This document shows, piece after piece, positions 13,201-26,639 of a stretch of 64,000 nucleotides of DNA. Positions within the stretch are counted from its first letter, which is position 1. Each line of letters starts with the position of its first letter. Made by a program: the position numbers and the translations under genes. The notes beneath the pieces are model-generated. The model did not search any database and was not told the origin of the DNA. It saw nothing but the letters and a program-made list of their open reading frames with translations. Source of the DNA: Macrostomum hystrix (lineage: Eukaryota; Animalia; Platyhelminthes). Where the stretch lies: assembly GCA_950097015.1 (NCBI GenBank), contig CATNEN010000039.1, forward strand, positions 16,554,001 through 16,618,000, read 5' to 3'.

Positions 13201-16200
13201 TCATTTTTTAAATTACACTTTTCGATTTTTCGGCTGTCGCTCTGATCGTGTCTAGAAAGATTATAACAGCTTTTGTCCTATAATTACGCACGTTTTTTTC
13301 GTAAATCACTTATTTTCCATTAGTTATTAATCGCACACAAACTCTAGAACGTTTTTATTGTACCTACCCACCCCAATCAATGTACACTCGCCCGGCCAAA
13401 CATTTCAACCATCCCACCCCAATCAATGTACACTCGCCCAGCCAAACATTTCAACCACCCACCCCAATCAATGTACACTATTCCCGCCAAATCTTCTCTC
13501 AACCACCCATCCCAATCAATGTACACTCGCCCAGCCAAACATTTGAACGACCCACCCCAATCAATGTACACTAGTCCCGCCAAAGCTTCTCTCAACCACC
13601 CACCCCAATCAATGTACACTCGCACCGCCAAAGCTTCTCTCAACCACCCACCCCAATCAATGTTCTCTCGCCCAGCCAATCAAATTACTATTGACCAACC
13701 AAGTTCTTGCATGTCGCCCCAGATTACCAGCCTGGCTCGCATCCGTTAAATCTGGTGCCTCAGGTTGGCAGCTTTGAAATTTCGTCTGTCAATAGTGTTT
13801 CAAAGTCAAAGCAGCAGCAGCAGCAGCTCTGCTTGTTGCAGACTGTTCTGCAACAGCCGGTCGACTGGTGTCAACAATCTCAGCCTGTGGCAGTTATTGG
13901 CAATTATAATTGGTGAGATATTTTAGTAGAGATTTGGTATCGTCTTCGCAATGATTTTCTGTGTATTTTTATCTAACAGACAAACCAGTTGATCAATAGC
14001 ACGGTCAGAGCGCAGCCAATAATAAAATACTTGCCATACTATTATTAGTAGTACAGTCAGATTCGCAAATAACTGATTTATTTTAGACCTAAGCTTGGGC
14101 CAGTCGCCAAATTATCTAACGCCACAGGTTGGCTTCTTTGAAGCTGCTTACATTGGCCCTTTTAAATCATCAGCATCGGCCGATAAAAGTTTGTCACTTT
14201 GTCAAGTTGTGCAAAAGATTACATTGCACTGGTGCCCAATCTATCTAACTAGTCCGTTCACCGTTATGGGCAACTGGTTTGTTCTGCGCTTGCGTTCCTA
14301 GTGTTGCCTGTTGTTTCAAACTTAACTTCTCTTCTCTACCTCTTTCCTCATATTCCATACATGAACAAAACTTCTAAAATATAATAATTAACTCAAAATA
14401 TCTGCCTTTCCTCTCTCCTCTCCACTCTCCTCCCTTCCTCTCTTCTCACCCTCACTCCCTCACTCTCACTCCCTCTCCTCCCTTCCTCTCTTCTCACCCT
14501 CACTCCCTCACTCTCACTCCCTCTCTCCTCCCTTCCTCTCCCTTCTATTCCTCTGCATCTTCCATCTCTCCTCTGGTCTATCTCCCTCTGCCCTGTCCCC
14601 TTTCTTCCTTTTATTTTTCCTCTTCCATCTCTTACTTGTTCTTGTATAATCATTCACTATGCACAGCTTATCTGCATATCTAACCGAATATAAACAAACT
14701 AGGATCCGAATTTTCACTAATCCATCAAATCGTCGCATTGAACTCTTCTTTGGCAGGTCAGACGTCACAGTGTCCGCGTCCGTATTGGTACCTTCCGTTA
14801 ATTCAACAACCGGCATCTTTATCGCCGCCCGCATCGACCAAGGCGGTTGCGGCGCCTTCCAGTCCAAAGGCCTCTTCTTGTGGCTTTTCCCTGGTAGCAA
14901 CCAGTACTCTGTAACTAACGACCTGGGTGAGTGCAGACTTGCTTAAATCTATAACAGAAATCTACCGACTAGACAGACGTCTACAGACTAGACAGAAATC
15001 TACAGACTAGACAGAAATCTACAGACTAGACAGAAATCTACAGACTAGACAGACATCTACAGACTAGACAGACATCTACAGACTAGACAGACATCTACAG
15101 ACTAGACAGACATCTACAGACTAGACAGAAATCTACAGACTAAACAGACATCTACAGACTAGACAGAAATCTACAGACTAGACAGACATCTACAGACTAG
15201 ACAGAAATCTACAGACTAGACAGAAATCTACAGACTAAACAGACATCTACAGACTAGACAGACATCTACAGACTAGACAGACATCTACAGACTAGACAGA
15301 CATCTACAGACTAGACAGAAATCTACAGACTAAACAGACATCTACAGACTAGACAGAAATCTACAGACTAGACAGACATCTACAGACTAGACAGACATCT
15401 ACAGACTAGACAGAAATCTACAGACTAAACAGACATCTACAGACTAGACAGAAATCTACAGACTAGACAGACATCTACAGACTAGACAGAAATCTACAGA
15501 CTAGACAGACATCTACAGAATAGACAGAAATCTACAGACTAGACAGACATCTACAGACTAGACAGACATCTACAGACTAGACAGACATCTACAGACTAGA
15601 CAGACGTCTACAGACTAGACAGACATCTACAGACTAGACAGACGTCTACAGACTGGACAGACATCTACAGACTAGACAGACGTCTACAGACTGGACAGAC
15701 ATCTACAGACTAGATAGATATCTACAGACTAGACAGACATCTACAGACTAGACAGAAATCTACAGACTAGACAGACATCTACAGACTAGACAGACATCTA
15801 CAGACTAGATAGATATCTGCAGACTAGACAGACAGACTGTGCTGTTAGCTCTAGAAATGTGAGTCGTTAAATGTTATGTATCATTTTTCAGCTCAAACTA
15901 AGAAGATAAAAGGAGGCAGTTACACGTTCGGCTACGATACCTGGGTACAGCTGACGCTATCTATTCAGGTCAGCGCTCTGTGCTTTCTCTGCTTTCTTAA
16001 AATGCATGATTCTCAGATTCGAACCCCCGACCAATTTGTAATGATGGTCGGATCTTCAATCACAGACTATTAAACAAGCGATATTAAAATAAAAGCTTAA
16101 CAATCATTTGAATTTGCCTTTGCAGAACGGCAAATACACAGCCCAGATAGCCAACCAGACGGTTGCGAACAGTGAAACTTTGCCTAGCAACACCCCAAGC

Positions 16201-16380
16201 ACTGGCTTCGTCGGCTTGGGCTCCGAAAATTTCGGTCTGGCCTGCTATACCAACTTGACCATCGGTGCCAATGGTCCAGATGTCCCACTGAACAATGACG
16301 ATAGCCTGGAGTACAGATCGGACTCAGTGCCGATGATAAAGCTCGTTGAAGCTCAACCGATCGATCAGGATCATCTTTGA
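10237..16380 (+). CDS. GALC: Galactocerebrosidase (GH59); exons 10237-10419, 11098-11166, 11297-11449, 11668-11832, 11923-12510, 12746-12928, 13052-13193, [13723-13912 OR 14087-14276], 14757-14926, 15892-15968, 16126-16380
   Basis: Signal peptide, then [50 protein letters not shown], catalytic WNE and LWASEDFST motifs, and FPLPYSDNF. All junctions are GT-AG and phase-consistent. Confidence 0.96.
12579..12698. repeat. About 3 copies of a 42-bp tandem unit in a GALC intron
   Basis: GAAATTTCCGCCTAAGGAGGAGTTCCACTCTCTTGCTACATT repeated. Confidence 0.85.
13362..13682. repeat. Intronic minisatellite, about 40-45 bp (CCACCCACCCCAATCAATGTACACTCGCCC...)
   Basis: About 7 degenerate tandem copies. Confidence 0.9.
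13723..13912 (+). CDS. GALC: GALC alternative exon 8A (190 nt, phase 1 to 2)
   Basis: CAG acceptor and GTGAGA donor; encodes [20 protein letters not shown]...[27 protein letters not shown]. Confidence 0.9.
14087..14276 (+). CDS. GALC: GALC alternative exon 8B (190 nt, phase 1 to 2)
   Basis: TTTATTTTAG acceptor and GTTTGT donor; encodes [20 protein letters not shown]...[27 protein letters not shown], paralogous to 8A. Confidence 0.82.
14955..15836. repeat. Intronic minisatellite, 19-bp unit AGACATCTACAGACTAGAC
   Basis: Direct tandem periodicity. Confidence 0.97.
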
Positions 16381-16635
16381 ATCCAACAACCAACTTGTCT
16401 GATTTCAACTTCAACTTAGATCAGTAATCACTTTTCTACGATTTTATATTCTTTTAAACAGATTTTCTACGACTTAACGGTAGAACAACCAACTCATTTT
16501 GCTGACCGTTTTTTATACCAAGGGGAGGGAATCCCGATGGTGTACTTGGCGATGGTGTACTTGGCGATGGTGTCCTGTGGTTGAGCTGCGCCTAATATTT
16601 AAAATGCTTGATCAGTGAAATTGGAGAAATTCGCG

Positions 16636-16860
16636 TCAGGGTGTCCATAGTGGCCTAGTTCCACCTGTTGTAGTCCTTGAAGGTCCAGCAAATCCGTCTA
16701 GATAAAGGTAGGTGACCACCGAAGACGGAGATGATGCAGGCACATTCGGGTGACATGCTGATGATTTTGAAGGCCTGGCAAGGCCGCACTGAGGCGCAGT
16801 GCTAATTTGTGTATTGGGGTGTATGAAATACACTTTTGGAAAAAATCAGACCTTCGGCCA
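16636..16860 (-). pseudogene. Possible frameshifted fragment of a TcmP-like (three-Cys-motif partner, SAM-binding-fold) gene
   Basis: YLYLDGFAGP motif, preceded across different frames by HPNTQI and QAFKIISM. This resembles the TcmP N-terminus pattern HT..KH.IL..YL.AW..I...YIDGFAGPG as recalled from memory. No intact ORF. Confidence 0.3.
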
Positions 16861-17117
16861 GAAACATTGAATATCTCGACGGTCCGAAGAGCTGGTGACT
16901 CTTGGCCCGTGTTCTTGAGTTTCGTGTGCTTGCGTTGCTCCTTTCGGGTGCAGCAAAAATTGTTGGAGAACATTCCTCCCCTATTGGTAGTTCTACTGTT
17001 AACAGCGCAAAAAATGTACTCGTACTTTTTAAAGCAAGTCTCCCTTAATTCATTAATTGTTTTCTTGGAATTCCCAGGAATCTAGATTCTGATTATGATC
17101 TTAGTTTTTGATTAAAA

Positions 17118-18518
17118 ACTTCAGTATCTGATTCCTATGCTTCAGGATCTGATTCCTATACTTCAGTATCTGATTCCTATACTTCAGGATCTGATTCCTA
17201 AACTTCAGGATCTGATTCCTATGCTTCAGGATCTGATTCCTATACTTCAGTATCTGATTCCTATACTTCAGGATCTGATTCCTATACTTCAGGATCTGAT
17301 TCCTAAACTTCAGGATCTGATTCCTATACTTCAGTATCTGATTCCTATACTTCAGGATCTGATTCCTAAACTTCAGGATCTGATTCCTAAACTTCAGGAT
17401 CTGATTCCTATGCTTCAGGATCTGATTCCTAAACTTCAGGATCTGATTCCTAAACTTCAGTATCTGATTCCTAAACTTCAGGATCTGATTCCTAAACTTC
17501 AGGATCTGATTCCTATGCTTCAGGATCTGATTCCTATGCTTCAGGATCTGATTCCTATGCTTCAGGATCTGATTCCTATGCTTCAGGATCTGATTCCTAT
17601 GCTTCAGGATCTGATTCCTATGCTTCAGGATCTGATTCCTATGCTTCAGGATCTGATTCCTAAACTTCAGGATCTGATTCCTATGCTTCAGGATCTGATT
17701 CCTTTACTTCAGGATCTGATTCCTAAACTTCAGGATCTGATTCCTAAACTTCAGGATCTGATTCCTAAACTTCAGGATCTGATTCCTAAACTTCAGGATC
17801 TGATTCCTATGCTTCAGGATCTGATTCCTATGCTTCAGGATCTGATTCCTAAACTTCAGGATCTAATTCCTAAACTTCATGATCTGATTCCTAAACTTCA
17901 GGATCTGATTCCTAAACTTCAGGATCTGATTCCTAAACTTCAGGATCTGATTCCTATGCTTCAGGATCTGATTCCTATGCTTCAGGATTTGATTCCTTTA
18001 CTTCAGGATCTGATTCCTAAACTTCATGATCTGATTCCTAAACTTCAGGATCTGATTCCTATGCTTCAGGATCTGATTCCTAAACTTCAGGATCTGATTC
18101 CTAAACTTCAGGATCTGATTCCTAAACTTCAGGATCTGATTCCTATGCTTCAGGATCTGATTCCTAAACTTCAGGATCTGATTCCTAAACTTCAGGATCT
18201 GATTCCTAAACTTCAGGATCTGATTCCTATGCTTCAGGATCTGATTCCTTTACTTCAGGATCTGATTCCTTTACTTCAGGATCTGATTCCTAAACTTCAG
18301 GATCTGATTCCTAAACTTCAGGATCTGATTCCTAAACTTCAGGATCTGATTCCTATGCTTCAGGATCTGATTCCTAAACTTCAGGATCTGATTCCTATGC
18401 TTCAGGATCTGATTCCTATGCTTCAGGATCTGATTCCTTTACTTCAGGATCTGATTCCTAAACTTCAGGATCTGATTCCTATGCTTCAGGATCTGATTCC
18501 TAAACTTCAGGATCTGAT
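17118..18518. repeat. Minisatellite, 21-bp unit CTTCAGGATCTGATTCCTAAA
   Basis: About 66 tandem copies; source of the LQDLIPK ORF. Confidence 0.97.
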
Positions 18519-19344
18519 CGCAATTTTTGCAGACAAATTTTTGTTTATCAAATTTTAATTCGGCAATTGTTCATCGCTTTTTTGCAAATTTATTTTGGAA
18601 AAATAATCAAATGTTTCACATGATTAGCCATGCTATTTTAGAACTTACTTATTCTACAGTAATATTCTGAGTAACACTCGATCTTCATGTATTTGAAAAT
18701 CTCTGATTGTGCCAACCTCAGTAAATTGTATTTTATCTCAAAATTTTCTAATTCTCTACTGTGAGTAGGGTAGTGCGAATTTTTTTGCCAAAATGGTTAC
18801 CACAAATTTCTTTTACTTTAGCATAAAAAAATTAAAGAAAATTGACAACGACGATTGTAAAATGTAGCAAAAACTAGCTATTTAATCATCTCTTTGACTT
18901 ATTCATTTTTCCTAACTGAATTGGAAAACCAAGTTTTGCTAAGTAAAGGTACAAAAATACATGACCTTATTAGGTTTGAGTTTCAATCAGGAAAACATGT
19001 TTATATTATCTAGATTGTGTATAACTGGCCAATTAGGGCGGACAATGCAAGTTTCATCAGCGCCGTTTCTTTTTGTAAAGTAAAACCTGCTTTTACCTAT
19101 TCCATCTACCTTCCTCCCTCGTCACACGTGAGTATTCTGTGCATTTTTTCATCCTAAATCTCTTGCTTTTCTTGTAAACAGAAGTGGAAAAGTTCGTCTT
19201 ATTTTCGCGTGTTGATTGTAGTTCTGAGCATTTTGTTGTCAATATTCTTTTTGTGATTTGATGTTTAAAGGTGCACTTGCAAAGAGAGATCAGCAAACGA
19301 GGCTATGAGAAATTGGGTTGATAAGACAGTAGTGGATCTAGAGG

Positions 19345-22300
19345 AGACAGTGGATAGGGAAGATTGGTCGGGAGAGAGACAGCTGATGGGGAAGATTGAT
19401 CGGGAGAGAGACAGCTGATGGGGAAGATTGATCGGGAAAGAGACAGCTGATGGGGAAGATTGATCGGGAAAGAGACAGCTGATGGGGAAGATTGATCGGG
19501 AGAGAGACAGCTGATGGGGAAGATTGATCGGGAGAGAGACAGCTGATGGGGAAGATTGATCGGGAAAGAGACAGCTGATGGGGAAGATTGATCGGGAGAG
19601 AGACAGCTGATGGGGAAGATTGATCGGGAGAGAGACAGCTGATGGGAAAGATTGATCGGGAAAGAGACAGCTGATGGGAAAGATTGATCGGGAAAGAGAC
19701 AGCTGATGGGGAAGATTGATCGGGAAAGAGACAGCTGATGGGGAAGATTGATCGGGAAAGAGACAGCTGATGAGGAAGATTGATCGGGAAAGAGACAGCT
19801 GATGGGGAAGATCGATCCGGAGAGAGACAGCTGATGGGGAAGATTGATCGGGAGAGAGCTGATGGGGAAGATTGATCGGGAAAGAGACAGCTGATGGGGA
19901 AGATTGATCGGGAAAGAGACAGCTGATGGGGAAGATTGATCGGGAAAGAGACAGCTGATGAGGAAGATTGATCGGGAAAGAGACAGCTGATGGGGAAGAT
20001 TGATCGGGAGAGAGACAGCTGATGGGGAAGATTGGTCGGGAGAGAGACAGCTGATGGGGAAGATTGATCGGGAGAGAGACAGCTGATGGGGAAGATTGAT
20101 CGGGAAAGAGACAGCTGATGAGGAAGATTGATCGGGAAAGAGACAGCTGATGGGGAAGATTGGTCGGGAGAGAGACACCTGATGGGGAAGATTGATCGGG
20201 AGAGAGACAGCTGATGGGGAAGATTGGTCGGGAGAGAGACAGCTGATGGGGAAGATTGATCGGGAGAGAGACAGCTGATGGGGAAGATTGATCGGGAGAG
20301 AGACAGCTGATGGGGAAGATTGATCGGGAAAGAGACAGCTGATGGGGAAGATTGATCGGCAAAGAGACAGCTGATGAGGAAGATTGATCGGGAAAGAGAC
20401 AGCTGATGGGGAAGATTGGTCGGGAGAGAGACAGCTGATGGGGAAGATTGATCGGGAGAGAGACAGCTGATGGGGAAGATTGATCGGGAAAGAGACAGCT
20501 GATGGGGAAGATTGGTCTGGAGAGAGACAGCTGATGGGGAAGATTGATCGGGAGAGAGACAGCTGATGGGGAAGATCGATCGGGAGAGAGACAGCTGATG
20601 AGGAAGATTGATCGGGAGAGAGACACCTGATGGGGAAGATTGATCGGGAGAGAGACAGCTGATGGGGAAGATTGGTCGGGAGAGAGACACCTGATGGGGA
20701 AGATTGATCGGGAGAGAGACAGCTGATGGGGAAGATTGGTCGGGAGAGAGACAGCTGATGGGGAAGATTGATCGGGAGAGAGACAGCTGATGGGGAAGAT
20801 TGGTCGGGAGAGAGACAGCTGATGGGGAAGATTGATCGGGAAAGAGACAGCTGATGGGGAAGATCGATCCGGAGAGAGACAGCTGATGGGGAAGATTGAT
20901 CGGGAGAGAGCTGATGGGGAAGATTGATCGGGAAAGAGACAGCTGATGGGGAAGATCGATCGGGAGAGAGACAGCTGATGGGGAAGATCGATCGGGAGAG
21001 AGACAGCTGATGGGGAAGATTGGTCGGGAGAGAGACACCTGATGGGGAAGATTGATCGGGAGAGAGACAGCTGATGGGGAAGATTGGTCGGGAGAGAGAC
21101 ACCTGATGGGGAAGATTGATCGGGAGAGAGACAGCTGATGGGGAAGATTGGTCGGGAGAGAGACAGCTGATGGGGAAGATTGATCGGGAAAGAGACAGCT
21201 GATGGGGAAGATTGATCGGGAAAGAGACAGCTGATGGGGAAGATCGATCCGGAGAGAGACAGCTGATGGGGAAGATTGATCGGGAGAGAGCTGATGGGGA
21301 AGATTGATCGGGAAAGAGACAGCTGATGGGAAAGATTGATCGGGAAAGAGACAGCTGATGGGGAAGATTGATCGGGAAAGAGACAGCTGATGGGAAAGAT
21401 TGATCGGGAAAGAGACAGCTGATGGGGAAGATTGGTCGGGAGAGAGACACCTGATGGGGAAGATTGATCGGGAGAGAGACAGCTGATGGGGAAGATTGGT
21501 CGGGAGAGAGACAGCTGATGGGGAAGATTGATCGGGAGAGAGACAGCTGATGGGGAAGATTGGTCGGGAGAGAGACAGCTGATGGGGAAGATTGATCGGG
21601 AAAGAGACAGCTGATGGGGAAGATCGATCCGGAGAGAGACAGCTGATGGGGAAGATTGATCGGGAGAGAGCTGATGGGGAAGATTGATCGGGAAAGAGAC
21701 AGCTGATGGGGAAGATTGATCGGGAAAGAGACAGCTGATGGGGAAGATCGATCGGGAAAGAGACAGCTGATGGGGAAGATCGATCGGGAGAGAGACAGCT
21801 GATGGGGAAGATTGATCGGGAAAGAGACAGCTGATGGGGAAGATTGATCGGGAAAGAGACAGCTGATGGGGAAGATTGATCGGGAAAGAGACAGCTGATG
21901 GGGAAGATTGATCGGGAAAGAGACAGCTGATGGGGAAGATTGATCGGGAAAGAGACAGCTGATGGGGAAGATCGATCGAGAGAGAGACAGCTGATGGGGA
22001 AGATCGATCGGGAGAGAGACAGCTGATGGGGAAGATTGATCGGGAAAGAGACAGCTGATGGGGAAGATCGATCGAGAGAGAGACAGCTGATGGGGAAGAT
22101 TGATCGGGAAAGAGACAGCTGATGGGGAAGATCGTTCGGGAAAGAGACAGCTGATGGGGAAGATCGATCGGGAGAGAGACAGCTGATGGGGAAGATCGAT
22201 CGGGAGAGAGACAGCTGATAGGGAAGATTGATCGGGAGAGAGCTGATGGGGAAGATTGATCGGGAAAGAGACAGCTGATGGGGAAGATCGATCGGGAGAG

Positions 22301-22460
22301 AGACAGCTGATGGGGAAGATCGATCGGGAGAGAGACAGCTGATGGGGAAGATTGATCGGGAAAGAGACAGCTGATGGGGAAGATTGGTTGGGAGAGAGAC
22401 AGTCTGGATTGGGAAGACAGACAATCTGGATTGGGAAGACAGACAATCTGGTTTGGGAAG
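19345..22460. repeat. Minisatellite, 32-bp unit AGCTGATGGGGAAGATTGATCGGGAGAGAGAC
   Basis: About 95 tandem copies; source of the ORFs longer than 1000 aa. Confidence 0.97.
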
Positions 22461-23404
22461 ACGGACAGTATATTGGGAAGATCGATTTAGAAATTGTTTT
22501 TGTGAGACGGGTTAACAAAAAAATTAGTTTATTGTTTAATAATTTAAGCAAAAACATGGATTTTTAATGAAGCGGTTCTTTTGTCACGAATAGCGAATGA
22601 ATTAATTCAGGAAGGAAAATCTCATGGATAACAATAGAAATGGCAGTCAAGTTAGTTTATTAAAACACTGGCAATATTTCCAAACATTCGAGTGTCGTTA
22701 GAAAAGCCAATTTTCCCGGCCTCGAGGTGTGAAATTTCTGCCTCTAATTTCGGTGTTGAGTTTTCACGAGCGGAAATGAGATTTTCCTAAAATGAAAACT
22801 TTGGGGGGAGTAAAATATATTTTTTTCTATTAAATCCTCTTTTTAGGATATGGAAGAAATTTAATAAAAATCCTTGTGGAATTATTTGGCGCAGTCGTGA
22901 TTTATTATTCTATGCTAGTAGCCAGTTTTTCAATTAGTCTTTGGCGGAAGAAAGGTGTCACTTTTCAACAGTTTTTTATATAAAATGATAAAATAGTAAT
23001 ATGAAACTGCTAAAATTACTATTTTTATTAACCTCAAGTCAATGCCTTAGTTTGCGATCCGCATGAATGAGCCAATAGGGATTAGCTTTTTTTCGCATGA
23101 AAATATGTTAGTAACTTTTATGGCTTATAACTAGCAGAGCGCTAATCCTATTGACTTGTTGTACAACATTTCGAGATTGAAGAATAGTGTATTTTTGTTT
23201 TTACTCTTGTATTTTATGTTTTGTCATGCATAGGCTGCATGCATGATCTATAATCAGCAATGGAATATTGAAAGGTGGCAATTCTACGCAAGCCTTCTTT
23301 TGTCTATTTCTGTTCCTTTTCTGGGAATTCAGAAATCCTTTTATTTTACTTAACAATGTGCGCTTAGTTCTTCAACTCTAATTAGTGCTAGAGGGTGAAA
23401 CAAG

Positions 23405-24200
23405 AAGGAGATAATGTGGGAGAAGGATGAGATTATGTGGGAGAAGGATGAGATTATGTGAGAGAAGGATGAGATTATGTGAGAGAAGGATGAGATAATG
23501 TGAGAGAAGGATGAGATTATGTGAGAGAAGGATGAGATAATGTGAGAGAAGGATGAGATTATGTGAGAGAAGGATGAGATTATGTGGGAGAAGGATGAGA
23601 TAATGTGGGAGAAGGATGAGATTATGTGAGAGAAGGATGAGATTATGTGAGAGAAGGATGAGATTATGGGAGAGAAGGATGAGATTATGGGAGAGAAGGA
23701 TGAGATTATGGGAGAGAAGGATGAGATTATGTGAGAGAAGGATGAGATTATGTGAGAGAAGGATGAGATTATGTGAGAGAAGGATGAGATTATGTGAGAG
23801 AAGGATGAGATTATGTGAGAGAAGGATGATATCATGGGAGAGAAGGATAAGATTATGGGAGAGAAAGGGTGTGAGATGGTGTGAGAAAGGGATGAGATTG
23901 TGTGGGAAAAGTATGAGATGGTGTCAGAAATGGATGAGATGGTGTGAGAAAAGGATGAGATGGTGTCAGAAAGGGATGAGATGGTGTGAGAAAAGGATGA
24001 GATGGTGTGAGAAAGGGATGAGATGGTGTGGGAAAAGTATGAGATGGTGTCAGAAAGGGATGAGATGGTGTGAGAAAAGAATGAGATGGTGTGAGAAAAG
24101 GATGAGATGGTGTGAGAAAAGTATGAGATGGTGTTATAAAAGGATGAGATGGTGTGAGAAAATGATTATATTATGTGTAGAGAAGGATGAGATTGTCTGA
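23405..24200. repeat. Minisatellite, 21-bp unit GAGAAGGATGAGATTATGTGA, shifting to a variant unit after about 23830
   Basis: Direct tandem periodicity. Confidence 0.95.
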
Positions 24201-25499
24201 GAGAATAATATGCTGCATATTTCTGAGCCCTGTGATCATCGCACAAATCAGAATTGAGTGCACATGAGATTAGACTCAATATTTATTTCGTCGTTGCTGA
24301 TATACTTTTGTATTGTATAGTCTGTCCACTAAATTAACTCTGTATTGATAATAAATATTATCAATGAGTTTGAGAACAGTGAGTTGGGAAAACAAGATCA
24401 GCTCAGCTTTATGGGAAAGTTTGTTGACATTGTCGAACGAACCTCGTGGACTGGGCAAACATGGCTGGGGCGGGTTAGTTTTCGCCGCGATGATCATCCG
24501 TCCTGACGGACAAAACTGAGACTTGAGTTGTGTTGACTCAAGGCAACCCAAGTGGGTCGAACGATGAGTTTGGCCGGCGAATGCGTGACTGTGCTTGCTG
24601 AGTGAATTGTTTAACCAAGAACTGGGGATCTGTGTTGGTGAAAGACGCATTGGGAAGATCCCTGTAGTGCGGTTCAGTATGGGGACAGGAAGGTTTTGGT
24701 AACTATGGGAGAGGAGTAGTTAGGGGTGGAGAGAATAGAGAAGAGGATTAGTGTGTTAACGTTGAGGATGAGAGGAGAGAGCAGTGGATAGGCGGTATGT
24801 GGGGATAGGAGATAAGATGAGAATAGTAATAAAATAAATAATTGTAATAAAAACAGGATTTATGTCAGATTTTCCGTGTTTCTTTGAAGCCTCTGACCTT
24901 TTGGATTCAAGTTAGATTTCTGTGTCCTGTTCTCATTTTTATTTAGGTAAGGAAATTAGTTCTCTTTCGAAGCAAAACCTAGCTTCCTCATTAAAATGTG
25001 AAAGTCTCGCGGCAAGGTCAGATGCTGTGATTCTACGAGTATAATTTATTTGTTATGCCCTAATTTAGCTGTTGTCGTGCGTTTTAACGAACACAATGCA
25101 TAAAGTGCTTTAGATCATTTCTTAGGGTCTTGAAGGGTGAAAAACAACTTTTTTTCCTGTCTTTGAGCGCCAGTTCTCAATCAGATTTTATTGACTATAT
25201 GTTTACATTTCTTCCCCATCTTTACAGCCTGAGAAGCTGTCTTGAAGCAGGTGTTTGTTGAGCAGCAGATAAATTGCACCTATAAAAGAAGGAAGCAGAC
25301 AGGTGCGTAATTTAATTGCTCTTCTAGTTGCTGCTTGATTGCATAAATTTTGCTCCTAATAAACTTCTACTTAGTTATTTTGTCTCGAACTATAAAATGC
25401 AAAGTTGCACTTCTTAGCCCGACTAATACATCATTTTCTAACTCGAGATTTATAGATGCAGTATAGAATGATTTGACAAATTCACTTTCTGGTCTCCCC

Positions 25500-25740
25500 A
25501 AATGTACACTCTTTGAAAAACCAAGCACCCACCTCACTCCTTTTGAATTGTACACTCTGACAAGCCAAACACCCACCTCACTCCTTCCGAAATGTACACT
25601 GACAAACCAAACAGCCACCTCACTCCTTCCGAAATGTACACTGACAAACCAAACAACCTCCTCACTCCTTCCGAAATGTACACTGACAAACCAAACACCC
25701 ACCTCACTCCTTCCGTAATGTACACCCACCTCACTCCTCC
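25500..25740. repeat. Minisatellite, about 42-bp unit (CACCTCACTCCTTCCGAAATGTACACTGACAAACCAAAC...)
   Basis: About 5 tandem copies. Confidence 0.88.
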
Positions 25741-26639
25741 TGACACAAGGCCAACGCTTATCTTTATCACACATTTACGTTCTTAAAGTAAAGGTGATTG
25801 AATTTATGTACATATTGAAAATGCTCAGATGTTTAGTAAAGCTTGTAACAAAAGCTTAGCTTTCCGTTCAACGATTTTTTTCTAAAATGTACATTCACTG
25901 TACGTCCTCAATGATTAATTTAGTACCTCTCATTCTGCCACCTTGCTAGTAAATCTACATAACTTCTAAGCGGCAGTCACTAAATCGATGAAAGTTCTTG
26001 TCGGTTTCCAACTAATTTTCGATTTTCTGCTAGCAGCAGAACATTTTCTTCCAGGAAAGATGAAGCATCAACTAGATAGAACTCAACGGATGGGAATCTG
26101 GTTTCCTTTTTTGTTATAACGCGATAATCAATGAAGGATCGTTTCTTGAAGTTGCATGGACTGCAAAAAATGTCTTAGGCAGTGAGAGCTCACGAACTCT
26201 TAAACGGAAGGAAAGATATTTCAATCAAGTCCGATAAAACAGCTGTAGAAAGGAAAAGAAATTTGGTTCGGTCTCGTTGGATTTAGAATTTCGAGCACTT
26301 CAAATATTGGGTTTTCAAACGATTTCGGTTTCTGAACCCTAGTTCTTGCTGTACTGACTTTATAGTACACGCGGAATAAGTTGCAAAAGTTTTTCAGTAT
26401 AAATAGTTATGCTCCTATTAACTAGTACGAGTACACTGTGTCAGCATGAGGCTTTGGACTAGCTGAAAACTAATTTAATTATTAATGTCAAAGTAACGAA
26501 TAGATTGCGAGCGCCGTTGTAAGAGATGGAGCTGCTTTTCCAGAAACTTTGCACCGGATGAAACAGGCTTTTGGTGCACGAAACAGATTTTAGCGGCAAG
26601 ATGTAAGATGTGGGATTTGTTTATTACTACAGACGCATT

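Noticed and set aside
16974-16982. Shine-Dalgarno-like GGAGGA before the minus-strand ATG at 16973
   Set aside because: There is no spacer before the ATG and the context is eukaryotic, so it is not evidence of bacterial contamination.
17137-18558. 473-aa LQDLIPK heptad ORF resembling a coiled-coil or LRR protein
   Set aside because: A pure 21-bp tandem array with almost no synonymous variation and no unique domain. It is one of many such arrays here.
19265-22557. ORFs over 1000 aa, and CTGATGA...GAAA hammerhead-like cores in some units
   Set aside because: The 32-bp unit is not a multiple of 3 and is open in all frames. Most units read CTGATGGG and no hammerhead stem II or III can be formed.
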